Below are positions 39,136-51,689 of a stretch of DNA of 64,000 nucleotides, piece after piece. The position numbers and the translations under genes are program-made. Location: positions 88,476,001 to 88,540,000 of the forward strand of contig NW_024704742.1 in assembly GCF_018977255.1 (NCBI RefSeq), given 5' to 3'. Within the stretch, counting starts at the first letter, position 1; each line of letters begins with the position of its first letter. A model generated the notes under the pieces. That model saw only the letters and a program-made list of their open reading frames with translations. It did not search any database and was not told the DNA's origin. This DNA is from Callorhinchus milii (Eukaryota).

Positions 39136-39470
39136 AACATTTCCTGGGTTATCAATATGGTGTTTTTTATGAATTTTGGGCAATATTTTTTTCCAGTTTT
39201 ACAATATACAAAGAAATGTGCTGCGTGTTTGGTGGCAAGCCTCCAACTGCTGTGAACAGAAGGTGCAGAGTCCACAGTTTTAAGTGATGGATTGAGAGCT
39301 TTGAAAGCATGGCTCTGTGTTTAGTGGTAGCCATTGTTAGGATCCTCTCACTGCATTCAGGTTTGGGGGTGGTACTTGGATACAAGTCAGTGCATGAAGC
39401 GGTTGGACTGAGGAATCGTCTGCAGTGACGGAATATAGTGCAGTAGAGTGCAGTCAGCAGCATATCAGTG

Positions 39471-39505
<35 letters not shown>

Positions 39506-39566
39506 TGCATGTGTGCATGACAGAATTTTTTCATCTGCTCCTCTGGATTCAAGCCATCAATTAAAC

Positions 39567-39657
39567 ATGGGGAAGAAATCCCAAAAGGGATGTGATTTGA
39601 AGACTGTTTTGAAGAAAAACTGGCTGCTCATTGCTACTATCATCGCTGTGGTTCTAG
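39567..39657 (+). CDS. slc1a1: Excitatory amino acid transporter 3 (EAAT3/EAAC1), coding exon 1
   Basis: AAACATGG Kozak; MGKKSQKGCDLKTVLKKNWLLIATIIAVVL(G) resembles human [31 protein letters not shown]; 91 nt, phase-1 donor TAG|GTAAGC. Confidence 0.95.
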
Positions 39658-42600
39658 GTAAGCATTTCATCTTTTGCTACCTGTACAATGGTTCTTCCTT
39701 TGTGAGGATGCAGATTAGCAGTGGTAATGATTACTATATGAATGCACAAGATTCTGCATGAAATAGAAGCATATTTCAGACCCTGTCTGTTTTACTGTTG
39801 CTGTATGTTCACATCAAGCCCCTGATAGCAATCAGGTGCTTGTGATTCTTGTGCCTAACTCGCTTTCTTTGACAAGCCATGCAGAAGTCCATTATCTCTG
39901 TGCTTCAGTCTCTTAAGATGCGTATAACAACAAATGTCCCCGTGGCAATTTATTGCAACTGAATGTGTCTCACTGGAATTAAAGGATGTCATGATCTTGT
40001 GAACATGATGGTCAGCAAACCTATTGATTGTGTCATGCATATTTATTATACTCTCACCCTCAAATTTTAAAAAAGTTTTGTTAATCATTTGCCATTTCTC
40101 AGGTTGCCTCTAAACCGCGTGCTGTTCAGAGGGTGGCAAAGGGTGGGGTGGGGGGCAACAACACCCTCTTTCAAGCTGATTCTCCAGGACTCTGCAATTG
40201 CTGTTGGGATATGGACGGATCAAGTCCCCTCTCGGGTTCTTCCTACCATCTCTTCCATCTCTCTCCCTCAGGGGAAGCACCTCTCCTCCACGCGGAGCCT
40301 CTCCAGCTAAAATGAATTATTCACTCTGTGAGGAATAGCGAAACAGGAGGAGAGAATATAATGAGCATGCCTGCCCATCTAGGGATACACAATAGCTGTT
40401 ACAGTGATACAACTCAATACCATATTTAGGTAAATGGCTTGAATATTAGGTATTAGGTGCTATGAAATGCCAACCTTTGGATGAGATGCAATAATAATAA
40501 TAATTCTTGCATTTGATATAGCACCTTATCACATCGTTGAGATGTCTCAAAAGGCTTTATAAAATATACTGTAAAGTGTAGTGATGTATGTTATGTGGGC
40601 AAACCCAGCAGCCAATTGCGCACAGGGTCCCACAAACAGTCGTGGATTGAGTGATCAAATTATTATTAATATTATTTATTTTGTAGGGATTATTATTATT
40701 TTAAACCATGTTCCTATCCGCCTGCTCAGGTGGATGTAAAAGATTCGATGGCGCTATTCGAAAAGAGAAGGTAGTTCCTCCAAATGTCCGAGCGAGCAAT
40801 CCTCCAAAGAAAATTGGTCACTCACTTCATGGCTGTTTGTGGGACATTGTTGCGCGTAAAATTATATTTGTCTACAAATACAGTCACTATACTTTACAGT
40901 ACACTCATATGAAGTGCTTTGAGACTTTTGTCGATGTGATAAAACACTATACAAGAATTATTATTATTTCTGCTTGGTTCTATAATTTCTAATCATTTGA
41001 GTCCTGTTGAGTAGGGGTTAGTACTCGCCTCGGAAGCAAGAGAACCCGGGTTCAATTACCTAGTAGGACGAAACCTTGGATATGTTTCCTAACTCCACAT
41101 GCCTCTGTTTATCTAGCAGTAAGTAAGAACCTGGTTGTTAGACGATTAGCGAATTGCTTTCCGGGGCCAATAATCCCTCCAAAAATATATATATTTTGTC
41201 ACTCAATACATGACTGTTTGTGGGAAACTGCTGTGTGAAATTGGCTGCCTCTTTTCGCCCATAAAATACACAGGCAATCCACTTTCCAATATATTTTGTG
41301 AAGCGCTTTGAGACATCTTAATGACCCAATAATACACAATATCAAATGCAAGGATTATTAATCGAAAAAAGCAACAATTGCTTTTAAGCACTGACATTTC
41401 TTTTATATACATTTTGAAAATGATCCCTGTTCACAGTGTGCAATGTTTGATTTTTCTGCTTTATGATGACTTGTAAGGTTGGCTGCATTACATATTTAAG
41501 CTTTTCCACCAGTTTGGTCATGTATTTTCTAACTGGCCATGTCCATTCTCTTTGTTTGGGCTCCAACCCTCTGACATCGTGATGTCACATGTAGCTCCAA
41601 AATTAAGTGCACTCATTTGTAAATGTTGTTTTAAGCAGATCGCAAAAATAATAATAAGTTGGTCACTCAATCCATTACTGTTTATGGGACACTGCTGTGC
41701 GCAATTGGCTGCCGTGTTTTGCCCACAAAGTATAGTCAATTCACTTTACAGCATATTCTATGAAGCTCTTTGAGACGTCTCGAGGACGTAATAAGGTGCC
41801 ATATCAAATGCAAGAATTATTATTATTTTTGTTCCAGAAGTGACCCTTTCACCTATCCATGGACTCTCTCTAGTTGCATTCATTCCTCTTGTGAGTAGCA
41901 TGACTAGCCTTGACTGTCCTATACAAGCAATGCAAACGTCACTTGCAGCCCAACCCTCCTGCCAGTTAAGTACAAACATGATCCTTATATTCATCACTAT
42001 TAATCTGGCATTAAGTTGGTAGCAAGTCGCCACAGTAAAGTTGCTCTTTTGAAATTTGCACCCAGGTAACCTCAGCCCATTTATTTCAAACATTGGATCC
42101 AACCATTCCCCTCTTAAGGTGAAAGGATGATTTCATTATAACAGAATGACACAACTTTACTCCATTACTCCCCCCACCCAATAAATTGGAGCATCAGAAC
42201 CTGTGCATATCATACACTGAATCGTTTTCTATGTGAGTCATGATAATCAGTTCTTTTGAGTCTGCCTTCTTCCTCTCTGTCCTATCCCTCAATCCAATAG
42301 ATTCCTACAGACAGGTATATTTCAATGCATGCAGATTGGGCACAGGTCCCACAATGCACACACTTTGGTATTCTGAGTGCAGAGGAAATTTGAGTGCTGT
42401 GACAATGGATAATCTTACAGGCATGAGTGAGACCATTGTGTAGTGTGTTTCCATTGCACGGTCCTGAAATGGTTCTGTTCCTGTTAAAAGCTTAACAAGG
42501 AAAGTTATTTGTGTCAATAGTACACAAGCCGAGGAGCTGAGAAGTGTTTTTACTGCTTTTATAGATGACTCAATCCTAGACCTTTGCCACTAACGGTAGC

Positions 42601-42927
42601 AAGTGCAGACAATAGGTTGAGGCACAGTTTCACATTCACTCTGGTGCTTTCTTTGTAATATCTCCTAATATCTGTGTGTAGGAAGAAGAGATCTTTCTTC
42701 CTCATATTGCTGTGAACATGAGATGGCCTTTGGAAAAGCAGGACTGGCAATTCATTAACTTACTATTGTGGAAAAAGTGGCTGGTTATTGACCACTCAAC
42801 AGGATGTCCCCTACAAAGTCCTGTTACCCCTATTTTCTTTCTACTGGGCACTGACCAACAACTTAGCAATGTGGAAGAATGACGATAATTGTATTTTTAA
42901 GTACTTAATTGTATTCAGTTCATGTAT

Positions 42928-43090
42928 TTAAATGTCCAGACGATCAGTGTGAGCGCCATCATTTTCATGGCAGATAATGATCCATTGCCATGTTCGGTGC
43001 AACACCTTCCATAACATCAGGCAAGATGCAATCCCGACAGCTTGTTTCAGCTCCTCCATGGACTCGTATCGTTGTTTTGTAAAAGGGGGG
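42928..43090 (-). mobile_element. Tc1/mariner-type transposase C-terminal remnant
   Basis: ESMEELKQAV...ML.KVLHRTW.WIIICHENDGAHTD resembles the eLk.ai...ml....R...C....GgH tail of IS630-Tc1-mariner transposases. No paired TIRs found. Confidence 0.5.
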
Positions 43091-44444
43091 TAAGACGACT
43101 TTGTGGACAGCCTGTCCACTAGAATTGTCCAGTTCATAACAACACTGGATAGACCATGTAGACTATGCTGTTCACACCTGCAATTTAGTACCTGAATGTA
43201 TCAAACTCTTGTTTTTCTTCTAACAGATCAAAAAATGTTCTCTGTTGATCTCTGGTCAATTTTGTTGCTAAGTGACAGTACCCTGCAAGTGTAAAGTGTA
43301 TGTGTTGAGAGTTGGGGATTGCAAGATTCTGATTCTAGGTAATGTTTTATATTAGTGCAAATGCAGACCTGAAGCAGTAAAAAAAAATGAATGAAGAACC
43401 GAAGAGGTGAAAGTAAATGCAAATTAAAAAAACACTAAAAAGCCATGAAAGGGTTAAAAGTATATAGAAATAAACTCAAAGCTGAATAAATAACTCTCTC
43501 ATCATCCACACCACACAACTATATTTAGTCACTTTTGCATCATGAGATATTTGAGAAAACAGATTCATTAGTGCGTTATACATTTTAATTAGGAGAGAGC
43601 ATATGATTCTCTATTAAACCTCCATCTCTGTACCTGTCTTTTATTTCTTCCTCTGTAAATTTAATCCAAGTATTTTTCTAATTTTCTCCTCATTGGTCTA
43701 TGCCTCTCTTCTGGTCTGGCTCCACTTGCTGGGATACAATTCCATGGGTCCTGGGTACCTTCCAGTACAACACACGAGTGAGCATCGTTCACACGTGAGC
43801 CTTGGCAGTGAATGTCGGCAGACCACTTGCCTGTAGAGGATATCGAGCTAAGCCTGACTTCTCCCCACTTGCCTGCCCCACCGTGCACATCCAACAGAGG
43901 GACCAACAACAACAAATTACATTTGTATAACACCTTTCACATCAGGAGGACGTCCCAGGAGCAATAACTGGCTTGCCGTCCCTTCCCAGACTCTGGGAAG
44001 GGGTTAATTTAACTTTCCTTACATCCCATGGAAATACCTCTGCAAAAATAAACTGTGCCAACAAGCAAGCTGAGAGATCATCTGGACCACAAAATATGTG
44101 GTGCCTAACTGTCAATTCACTTCATATTCTTTGAAGCGCTTTGAGATGTTTCAATGACACAATAAGGCACTCTATCAAATGCAAGGATTATTATTATTGT
44201 AGTTATTATTAGGAAGCAAGGGTAGAAACCAAATTATCCAAGCTACAAAACACCAAATACCCAGTGACATCCTCCTGATGTGGAAGGTGCAATATCAAAT
44301 TATTATGGTACCATACTTGGGTTGTTGCAAATTACAGGGATCAAGAAGACCAAATCCAGAGAGATCCGTATATAATAGGAAGTTGGGCTAACAGGTGGAA
44401 AACATAATTTAATAAGCTCTCTAAAATAAAATAAATAATAATTT

Positions 44445-46305
44445 TAATAATAGTTTATATAGCACCTTTTGTTTTGGTTATCCAAGACCGTTTCATGGGA
44501 TATACTGCACAATGGAGTGATTGTGTGTTCTGTGAGTGAACGAGGCAGCCAATTTTGTACACAGCAATGTCCCACAAACTGTCAGGGATTGAATGACCAT
44601 TTAAAAAAAAGCTAAATATACGGCACAGAATCAGACCATTTGGCCCAACTAGTCTGTGCCACTATTTCTACTCTACATGAACCCACACTATTCCCCTCGC
44701 CCATACCATCTCACTTACAAGGCCATTCACGGCCTTGCTCCCTCCTACCTCTCCGACCTACTATCCCTCTACCTACCTGCCCGTACCCTCCGTTCCTCTG
44801 GCTCCGGTCTGCTCCACATCCCCCGCCCCAACCGCCCTACCATCGGTGGCCGGGCCTTCAGCCTCTAGGCTCTGGAACTCTATCCCCCAGTGCCTTCGCC
44901 GCCTCCTCCCTTTCCTTCTTCAAGGCCGGTCTCAACACCTTTCTTTTTGACCGTGCCTTCAGCTCCCCTCTTGACTCTCTACCCCCTCCTCGCTCCCTCC
45001 CTTCCCTCCCCTCACCCTGACCATTTCCCCCCTGCTCGGGTCCTGACCCAACTGTACAGCGCCTTGGGACGTCCTCCCGACGTGAAAGGCGCTCAATAAA
45101 TGGAATCTTGTTGTTGTTGTCGTATACTTCAGATTTTCTCATAAATACACTCATTTGCATGTCGGCAAAACACTTCATCAAACGCTCCAAGATGTAATGA
45201 GGATTAGCAAATTATTTCCTTGCAGATAAGCGGAGCAACTGCCAAGTTCCAGAAACCTGTGTTTGCTTTTCAGCTGTGTGTTATATGCTGTTAATGTTTA
45301 ATTATTCCGTTGTTAGAAATCACATCAGATTGCCTGAGGTTTATGTATGGTTCATTCAGTAATGAACGAGCAAACATATGAACACAATTAATTGCACCGG
45401 ACAAGTAATGGAACAATGCAAATTCAAAGACATTGATGTAGATAGATTCTGGTGGAATGTGTTGCATTACATCCGGCTAGTCTAAAACCTATTTCTTCTC
45501 CTCCTCCCTCCTCTCCCCCCAGGCCAGGGTCAATTTAGCCTCCTCATGCAGCCCTGCTGAGACTATTGAACTCAGATTGAATCAGGATTCCAATCAGTAA
45601 ACTGCTGGTCTGTAAACTGCAATTCTATTTGAAGGATTTCAGTGGAGAACAGTTCGGCCCAAAATTCTGCATCGGAGCAAATGGCCATTTTTTAAAAAAA
45701 AAGCAATATAAATCATCCCAAAAAATATCAGAATCCTTCTGGACAAGGAGAATAAGAGCAACTCATGTTGGTTTGGTTTTGCTGTGATACCTAGGGTCTA
45801 AAGTGGCATCATTTTTATACTCACCATTTTGGTAAGGATCGTACATGCCATAAAGCAGGAGAATTATAATAGCAATATTAATCCTTTCATTTACGATGGT
45901 GCATTATCAAAATGAACTGCAACCTTTAAACAATGTAGTGAAACTTTACTTGATCCTACTTGATCTCGGACTTTGTCCACCCTGGAACATTGTTTTACGT
46001 CATAATGGTTTCATAATTGTCCAAAGAAAATTCCAGTATTTATATTTGAAAACTGGTTTATTATTTTAAAGTTGGCAGGACATGTAAGGAGCTTCTTTCT
46101 TATTACTACTACTAATTACATTTGACAGAGTCTTGCATATCAGGAGGACATCTCAAAGTGCTTCAAAGGATTTATTGTAAACTATGTATTGTATTCCTCT
46201 ACCGCCTCCTCTATGACAGCTGACTATCTTTATTGAAGTAGGGAGGCCAAAATTGCATAAAGCACTCTAGATGTGGTCTACCACACTGCAGGATTATATT
46301 TAATC
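44445..46305 (+). repeat. Left arm of an intronic inverted duplication
   Basis: Unique sequence aligns in reverse complement with 48090-49470. Confidence 0.85.
44705..45121 (+). mobile_element. Young L2 3' fragment
   Basis: LTYKAIHGLAPSYLSDLL..RTLRSS; GGGACGTCCTCCCGACGTGAAAGGCGC and (TTG)n tail; absent from the right arm of the duplication. Confidence 0.9.
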
Positions 46306-48089
46306 AATTTGCCACCACAAGGTAATTCTGTAGTTAGTGAAAAACGGACTGAATTCAACGCAGCTGCACTAATACAGTACGAACCACACAAAGCTAAAAT
46401 TACAAATTGGTAACAATCTCGAGCCAAGCTACTGTCACAGATAAAACTGAGATAAATCTGAAATTGAACTTGCTTTATTTGAATTATTTTGAATAAATTT
46501 AATGGGGAATCCAATTTAAAACAAACATAGATGTAGAGGGCCTCGAAATTTTTAAATGAAAGGATTCTTCCCACTTAGTTCTGGTTAATCCTGCATACCA
46601 CAGTCCAAATGGGTAAGACAATCCTATCTGGACAAGCAGCAGGAACCATGTTCGACTGTTTTTAAATGGCAAGCTTTGTGGTTTTAGCTGGTTAAACTCC
46701 AGCAGTACCCAACACACCCTCTGCTCTGGGATCCCAAAGCCTCGACTCTTGAAATGGCATACAGGAGGGATTTGGAATATTGCATTTATAATTTATTGAT
46801 TCCAGGCAGGCGCAATGTTGGCCAAGTTTCCTTACTGCACACAACCTCTGTTTACCTAGCAGTAAGTAGGAACCCAGTTGTTAGTCGATTGCCAGATTGC
46901 TTTTCCGAGGTAATAGTTCCTTAAAAAAAATAATTTGGTCACTCAATCCACGACTGTTTGTGAGACACTGCCGTGTGCTGCTGAGTTTCATCTGCAAAGT
47001 ATACAGTCCACTTTCCACCATTCTGTAAAGCGCTTTGAGACATCTCAAAGATGTGATAAGGTACTATATCAAATGCAAGGATTATTATTATCACTGTACA
47101 TCTCGGCATCTGAAAAATAGTCACGTAAAAGAAACAGGAGGGAAAAGTTTAAGGGAGTTAAATGGTACTCTGGTTGTTGAACTTTAGAAGAATTTATAGA
47201 TTCACAATGTAGGTGGGTGAATATTAGTTGATTATTAACTTCAAAGGACTACAATACAAGTGAAGCTGCTTATGTGATGGGCAAGAAGAATTCTGACAAT
47301 ATGTGACTTAGTTGAATTGGGCAGATCCTATCAAATCACCTGGTAAAGATTAGTTCTATGGGGTATAATTCCCTTGCAAATAATGGTGCAAAGTTACATC
47401 GAGGTTGTAAGACTTTTGAACTGTAATACAAGGAGGGACATCCAGTAAAATTATAAATGCAGATTTTATAATAATAATTTGCAGTTACATAGCACTTTTG
47501 AATAAAGTGTCAAAATGCTTTATAAATATGAACTGAATGTTATAGATGCCGCCACAGCCGTTAATCTGCACCAGCAATGTGCAATAAACAACAGCGAGAT
47601 AAGTAGCTAGTTCAAATGAAAATTTGGGAATGGATTTGGTTTAGGAGAGGAATATAAACCGGGAAAAGACCTTTGTAGTACTTTATGTGTGATAGCTGGT
47701 TAGACTCCAGTAATACCCCAATGCACACTCTGGGGTCCCCAAGCATTGACACTTGCCAACCTGTACCTAATACTTTCTGGAATTAGGTAAGCAGGATGTA
47801 TCCCGCCAGGGAGAGCATGTGTATTCCTTTCCAACAATCTATCTCTGGAATTTCTATGTGTAGGTAGATTGCCTTACCCACTAGGGCTTTGGCTTGCCGG
47901 ATTAACTGAGCGGAAAGAATCCCTGCTCCCAGCGACTGGTCTGCCCCTCTAACTCCTGCTGACAAGCTAGTCTGGAGTAAGCAAGACATGCCTATCTCAG
48001 GAACCGGATCCCAAGATCTTCACAGAGGGTTGACAATTGTTACCAAACCATCAGAGATCAGATAGGTTCATTTTATCATAAAGCCATGT

Positions 48090-49470
48090 ATAATTAAATA
48101 TAACTGCAGTGTGGTAGACCGCATCTGGAGTACTGCATGCAGTTTTGGTCTCCCTACTTCAATAAAGATAGTCAGTTGTCAAACAGCAAGCAGTAGAGGC
48201 ATACAATACATACTTTACAGTGGAGTCCTGTAGCTCAGTGGTTAGAGCACTCGCTTTGCAAGTGAGAGACCTAAGTTCAATTCCAGGCAGGCGAAACCTT
48301 GGGCAAGTTTCCTTACTCCACACGCCTAATAATAATCCCTCCAAAAAACAAAAACAATAATGAATTGGTCATTTTCAATCCACTACTGTTTGTGGGACAC
48401 TGCTGTGCACAATTTGCTGCCGCGTTCACCCACAAATTACAGTCAATTCACTTTACAGTATATTCTGTGAAGCGCTTTGGGACGTCTAGAAGACGTGAAA
48501 AGCGTCAAATGCAAATGCAAGGATTATTATTATTACATAGTAGAGGGATAAAGTATATATTGTATAACAACAATATGGGATAACGTGATTGGGAAGCCAT
48601 GAAAAGTGCTTTACAGGAATCTTTAAATCCTGTAAAGCACTTTCAGATGTCCTCCCGACACTCAAGATTCTGTCTAATGAAATTATTGATAGTAATAATA
48701 ATAATAAGCTCTTTACATGTCCTGCCAACTTTAAGAGGAAGAAACAGTTTGTAATACTGTTGAATAAACAGAGGCGTGTGGAGTAAGAAAACTTGCCTAA
48801 AGTTTTGCCCTGCCCGGGAATCGAACCAAGGTCCTCTTGCTTGTGAGGCGAGTGCACTAACCAATATGCTACAAGACTCAAGTGGTTACTTGTCCGGTGC
48901 AGTTAATAATGTTTATACATTTGCTCGGTCGTCAGTGAACAAAGCACAAATAAACCTCAGGCAATCTGGCGTGAATTCTTAAAACAGAATGCTTAAGCAT
49001 TAACAATGAAATAACATATTGACCCAAAGGTAAACTCAGCTTTCTGAAACTTGGCAGTTGCTCTGGTTAATACGATCCTTCGTCCATGTGCAAGGAAATA
49101 GGTTACTAATCCTCATTACCTTTTGGAGAGTGTGATGAAGTATTTTGTCCACATGCAAATAAATGTATGAGAGAAAAAAATCAGAAGTATACCAATAGAT
49201 GGTATAGGAGAGATAAATAGGTAGGGGTGAGTGACCCGTTGAGAGTATAAATACTGGGAGACTAGTTGGGCCAAATCATTCTGTTCCTGTGCCGTATATT
49301 TAACTGTTTAATGAAACAAAATGGTCATTCAGTCCATGTCAGTTTGTGGGACATTACTGTGCACAAAGTTGGCTGCACACAAAACACAGTCACTCCACAG
49401 TATATCCTGTGAAGCTGTCTGGGACGTTCTCCTAACGTGAAAGGTGCTATACCAAATGCAGTTATTATTA
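48090..49470 (-). repeat. Right arm of an intronic inverted duplication
   Basis: For example 48103-48180 matches 46215-46290 reverse complement and 48886-49170 matches 45123-45408 reverse complement. Confidence 0.85.
48221..48535 (+). mobile_element. Family A SINE, full length
   Basis: TGGAGTCCTGTAGCTCAGTGG head through ATTATTATTA tail. Confidence 0.9.
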
Positions 49471-51689
49471 TTACAGACACAATGGCCCAAATGGACTCTT
49501 CTGTGCTGTAAATTTCTGTAATTCTAAATAAGGACAGTGTGCAGGAGTAAATATAAAGTGATTGGAACCCACTAAATGTGATATATATTTACATGCAGCA
49601 CTGATTTATTTTGACAGATAATGAGTTGAAGAGTGCAAGTATTCTGATTGTAGTTCAATAGATTATAAAGGAAATTGACTTCATGGCTTCTCATTCACTC
49701 ACCGAACAGAGTTAAAGTTTCCGTTGCTTGTCGCTCTAAGAAGCTGGAATTACAAGAGAATCTTGTAAGGTCTTTCTACTGTCAGATTGTATCAAAATAT
49801 TTTCATTTCTTTGTATTCAATAGCAGTCAACAATCAAATCATATTATACCACAATTGAACACATTTACAATATCCCTATTGATCGCTACATAATAAAGAG
49901 AAGTCTTGATATCTTCCAAACCCCTCAGCCTGCTGGAAAGCTGCCAATTTCCTTCTATAAACAGAATTTGTTGAGGAATTCAGGCTGGTAATGAATCCAG
50001 CTATTCAATAACCTGCATCTGGAGACATGTTCAATTTACTTCTTCATGGCCAGATGCAAACATAGCAACATAATGGCACTTCCATGTTTACAACACACAA
50101 ACATTTCCAGAGCATCCAATATAGCTAAACACTTTGAGACATTTTGACCGCATGATAAGATGCTGGATCAGGTGATCTTGATATTACTTCATACAGCATA
50201 GTAAATCTTGTGAAGTGCTTTGAGACATTTTAATGACATTATAAAGTGATTTTTTTTCATTTTATCATGTCCTTAAAATATATCAAAAGCACTTCACAGG
50301 ATTTACTGTGGAAATGGAGTAACTGTATTTTGGTCACAAACACACACAACAATATCCCACAAATAGTTATGAGGTGAATGACCAATTTTGTCTGGGAGAT
50401 TGTTGGTTAGGACACCAGGAGAGATTTCATTTTCTTTTCAAATAGGGCCATGGGATCTTTAACATTTACTTGAACAGGCAGACCTCAGTTTAACATCTCA
50501 TCTGAATTTGACTACTTGCTGCAGACTGAGGTGCTTCAATAGTATGTTTTCTTGTTGTCCTGGTATCCATTTCTACTAAAACACATCTTTCATTATTCAA
50601 CATCAAAATAATTTAATAAAGCCACTTACCATTACAGTGATGTGTAGCGGGTAGAATATGATAAACTAATGTCCCCAGTTTCCTGAATTGAAGCAGATGG
50701 TTTAAACTAGGCTTTCCAAGCCACATGATAACTGCTGAAGCTTTTTGTTACTCCTAAGATTGAATTGGACAATTTATTTACCCACTTATTTTAATTTGAT
50801 TTTAGTTGTTTCCAATTACAAGCCAGTCAGGACCCTAATGTTCACTGAAGCACTGGACAAAAACTGATTAGACACTGATTTCACCATTTCTCTCTTTTAA
50901 TGGACAAATTAGGTGAAATTGCTTTGTTTAAACACTGCCAGACTTATGGCCCCTCATAGAAATAAATAGAATTATGTGAAATCTACAACACTGAAACAAG
51001 CCATTCAACCCAACTAGCTTGTGCTAGTTATACTCCACACTTATGAATATCCCCCTTCGCAGTCTCCACATTCCCTTCTTTATGTGTATGTATAGAAATG
51101 TATAGAGAAGGATTTCTCTTTCTCTTGCCAATTTCCACCTCCCACTACCTTTCCTCTTCCTAAACCTGAAATTCCACATGGTCTTAGCCTAGAAGATGAT
51201 TTTACTGTGAAATTTAAGATTGTATAGAATCATTGGGTCAATCCCTAGTGTTAGAGGAAAGAGTTATGAACAATGAATAAACAAGCGAGGGCTCTTTATT
51301 TCTGAGAAAAGAATGACTCAGAGGGGACCTCATGGAGATGTACAAAATTTTGAATGGGATTGAAAAAGTAAATCCAGATCAATACTTTAGGATACACTGA
51401 GACAGTAAAACAAGAAGAAATAGGAAGCAATTTTCATCCTTACTGGGTGTATTACAAAGAAAGAGAATCTAAGCAATAGGTCCAACTCATTGGGGTCAAT
51501 TTATGATTATAGACCGTTGGACCTATTGCTTAGATTCTTTTTGTTTCACACCCCTATGGGGTCTCCTCTTGTTTTTTTCCCCCAAGTCTGAAGAGCCCTA
51601 GTTTGTGTAATCATTGCTCATATCTCATTCCTCAAAGATGCGATCATTCTCATTCATGTCTTCTGTTTGGCCTCTAACGCCTGGACAGC

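Noticed and set aside
39468..39761. 97-aa ORF as a single-exon gene
   Set aside because: Only 39567-39657 is coding; the rest is 5'UTR microsatellite and intron read-through.
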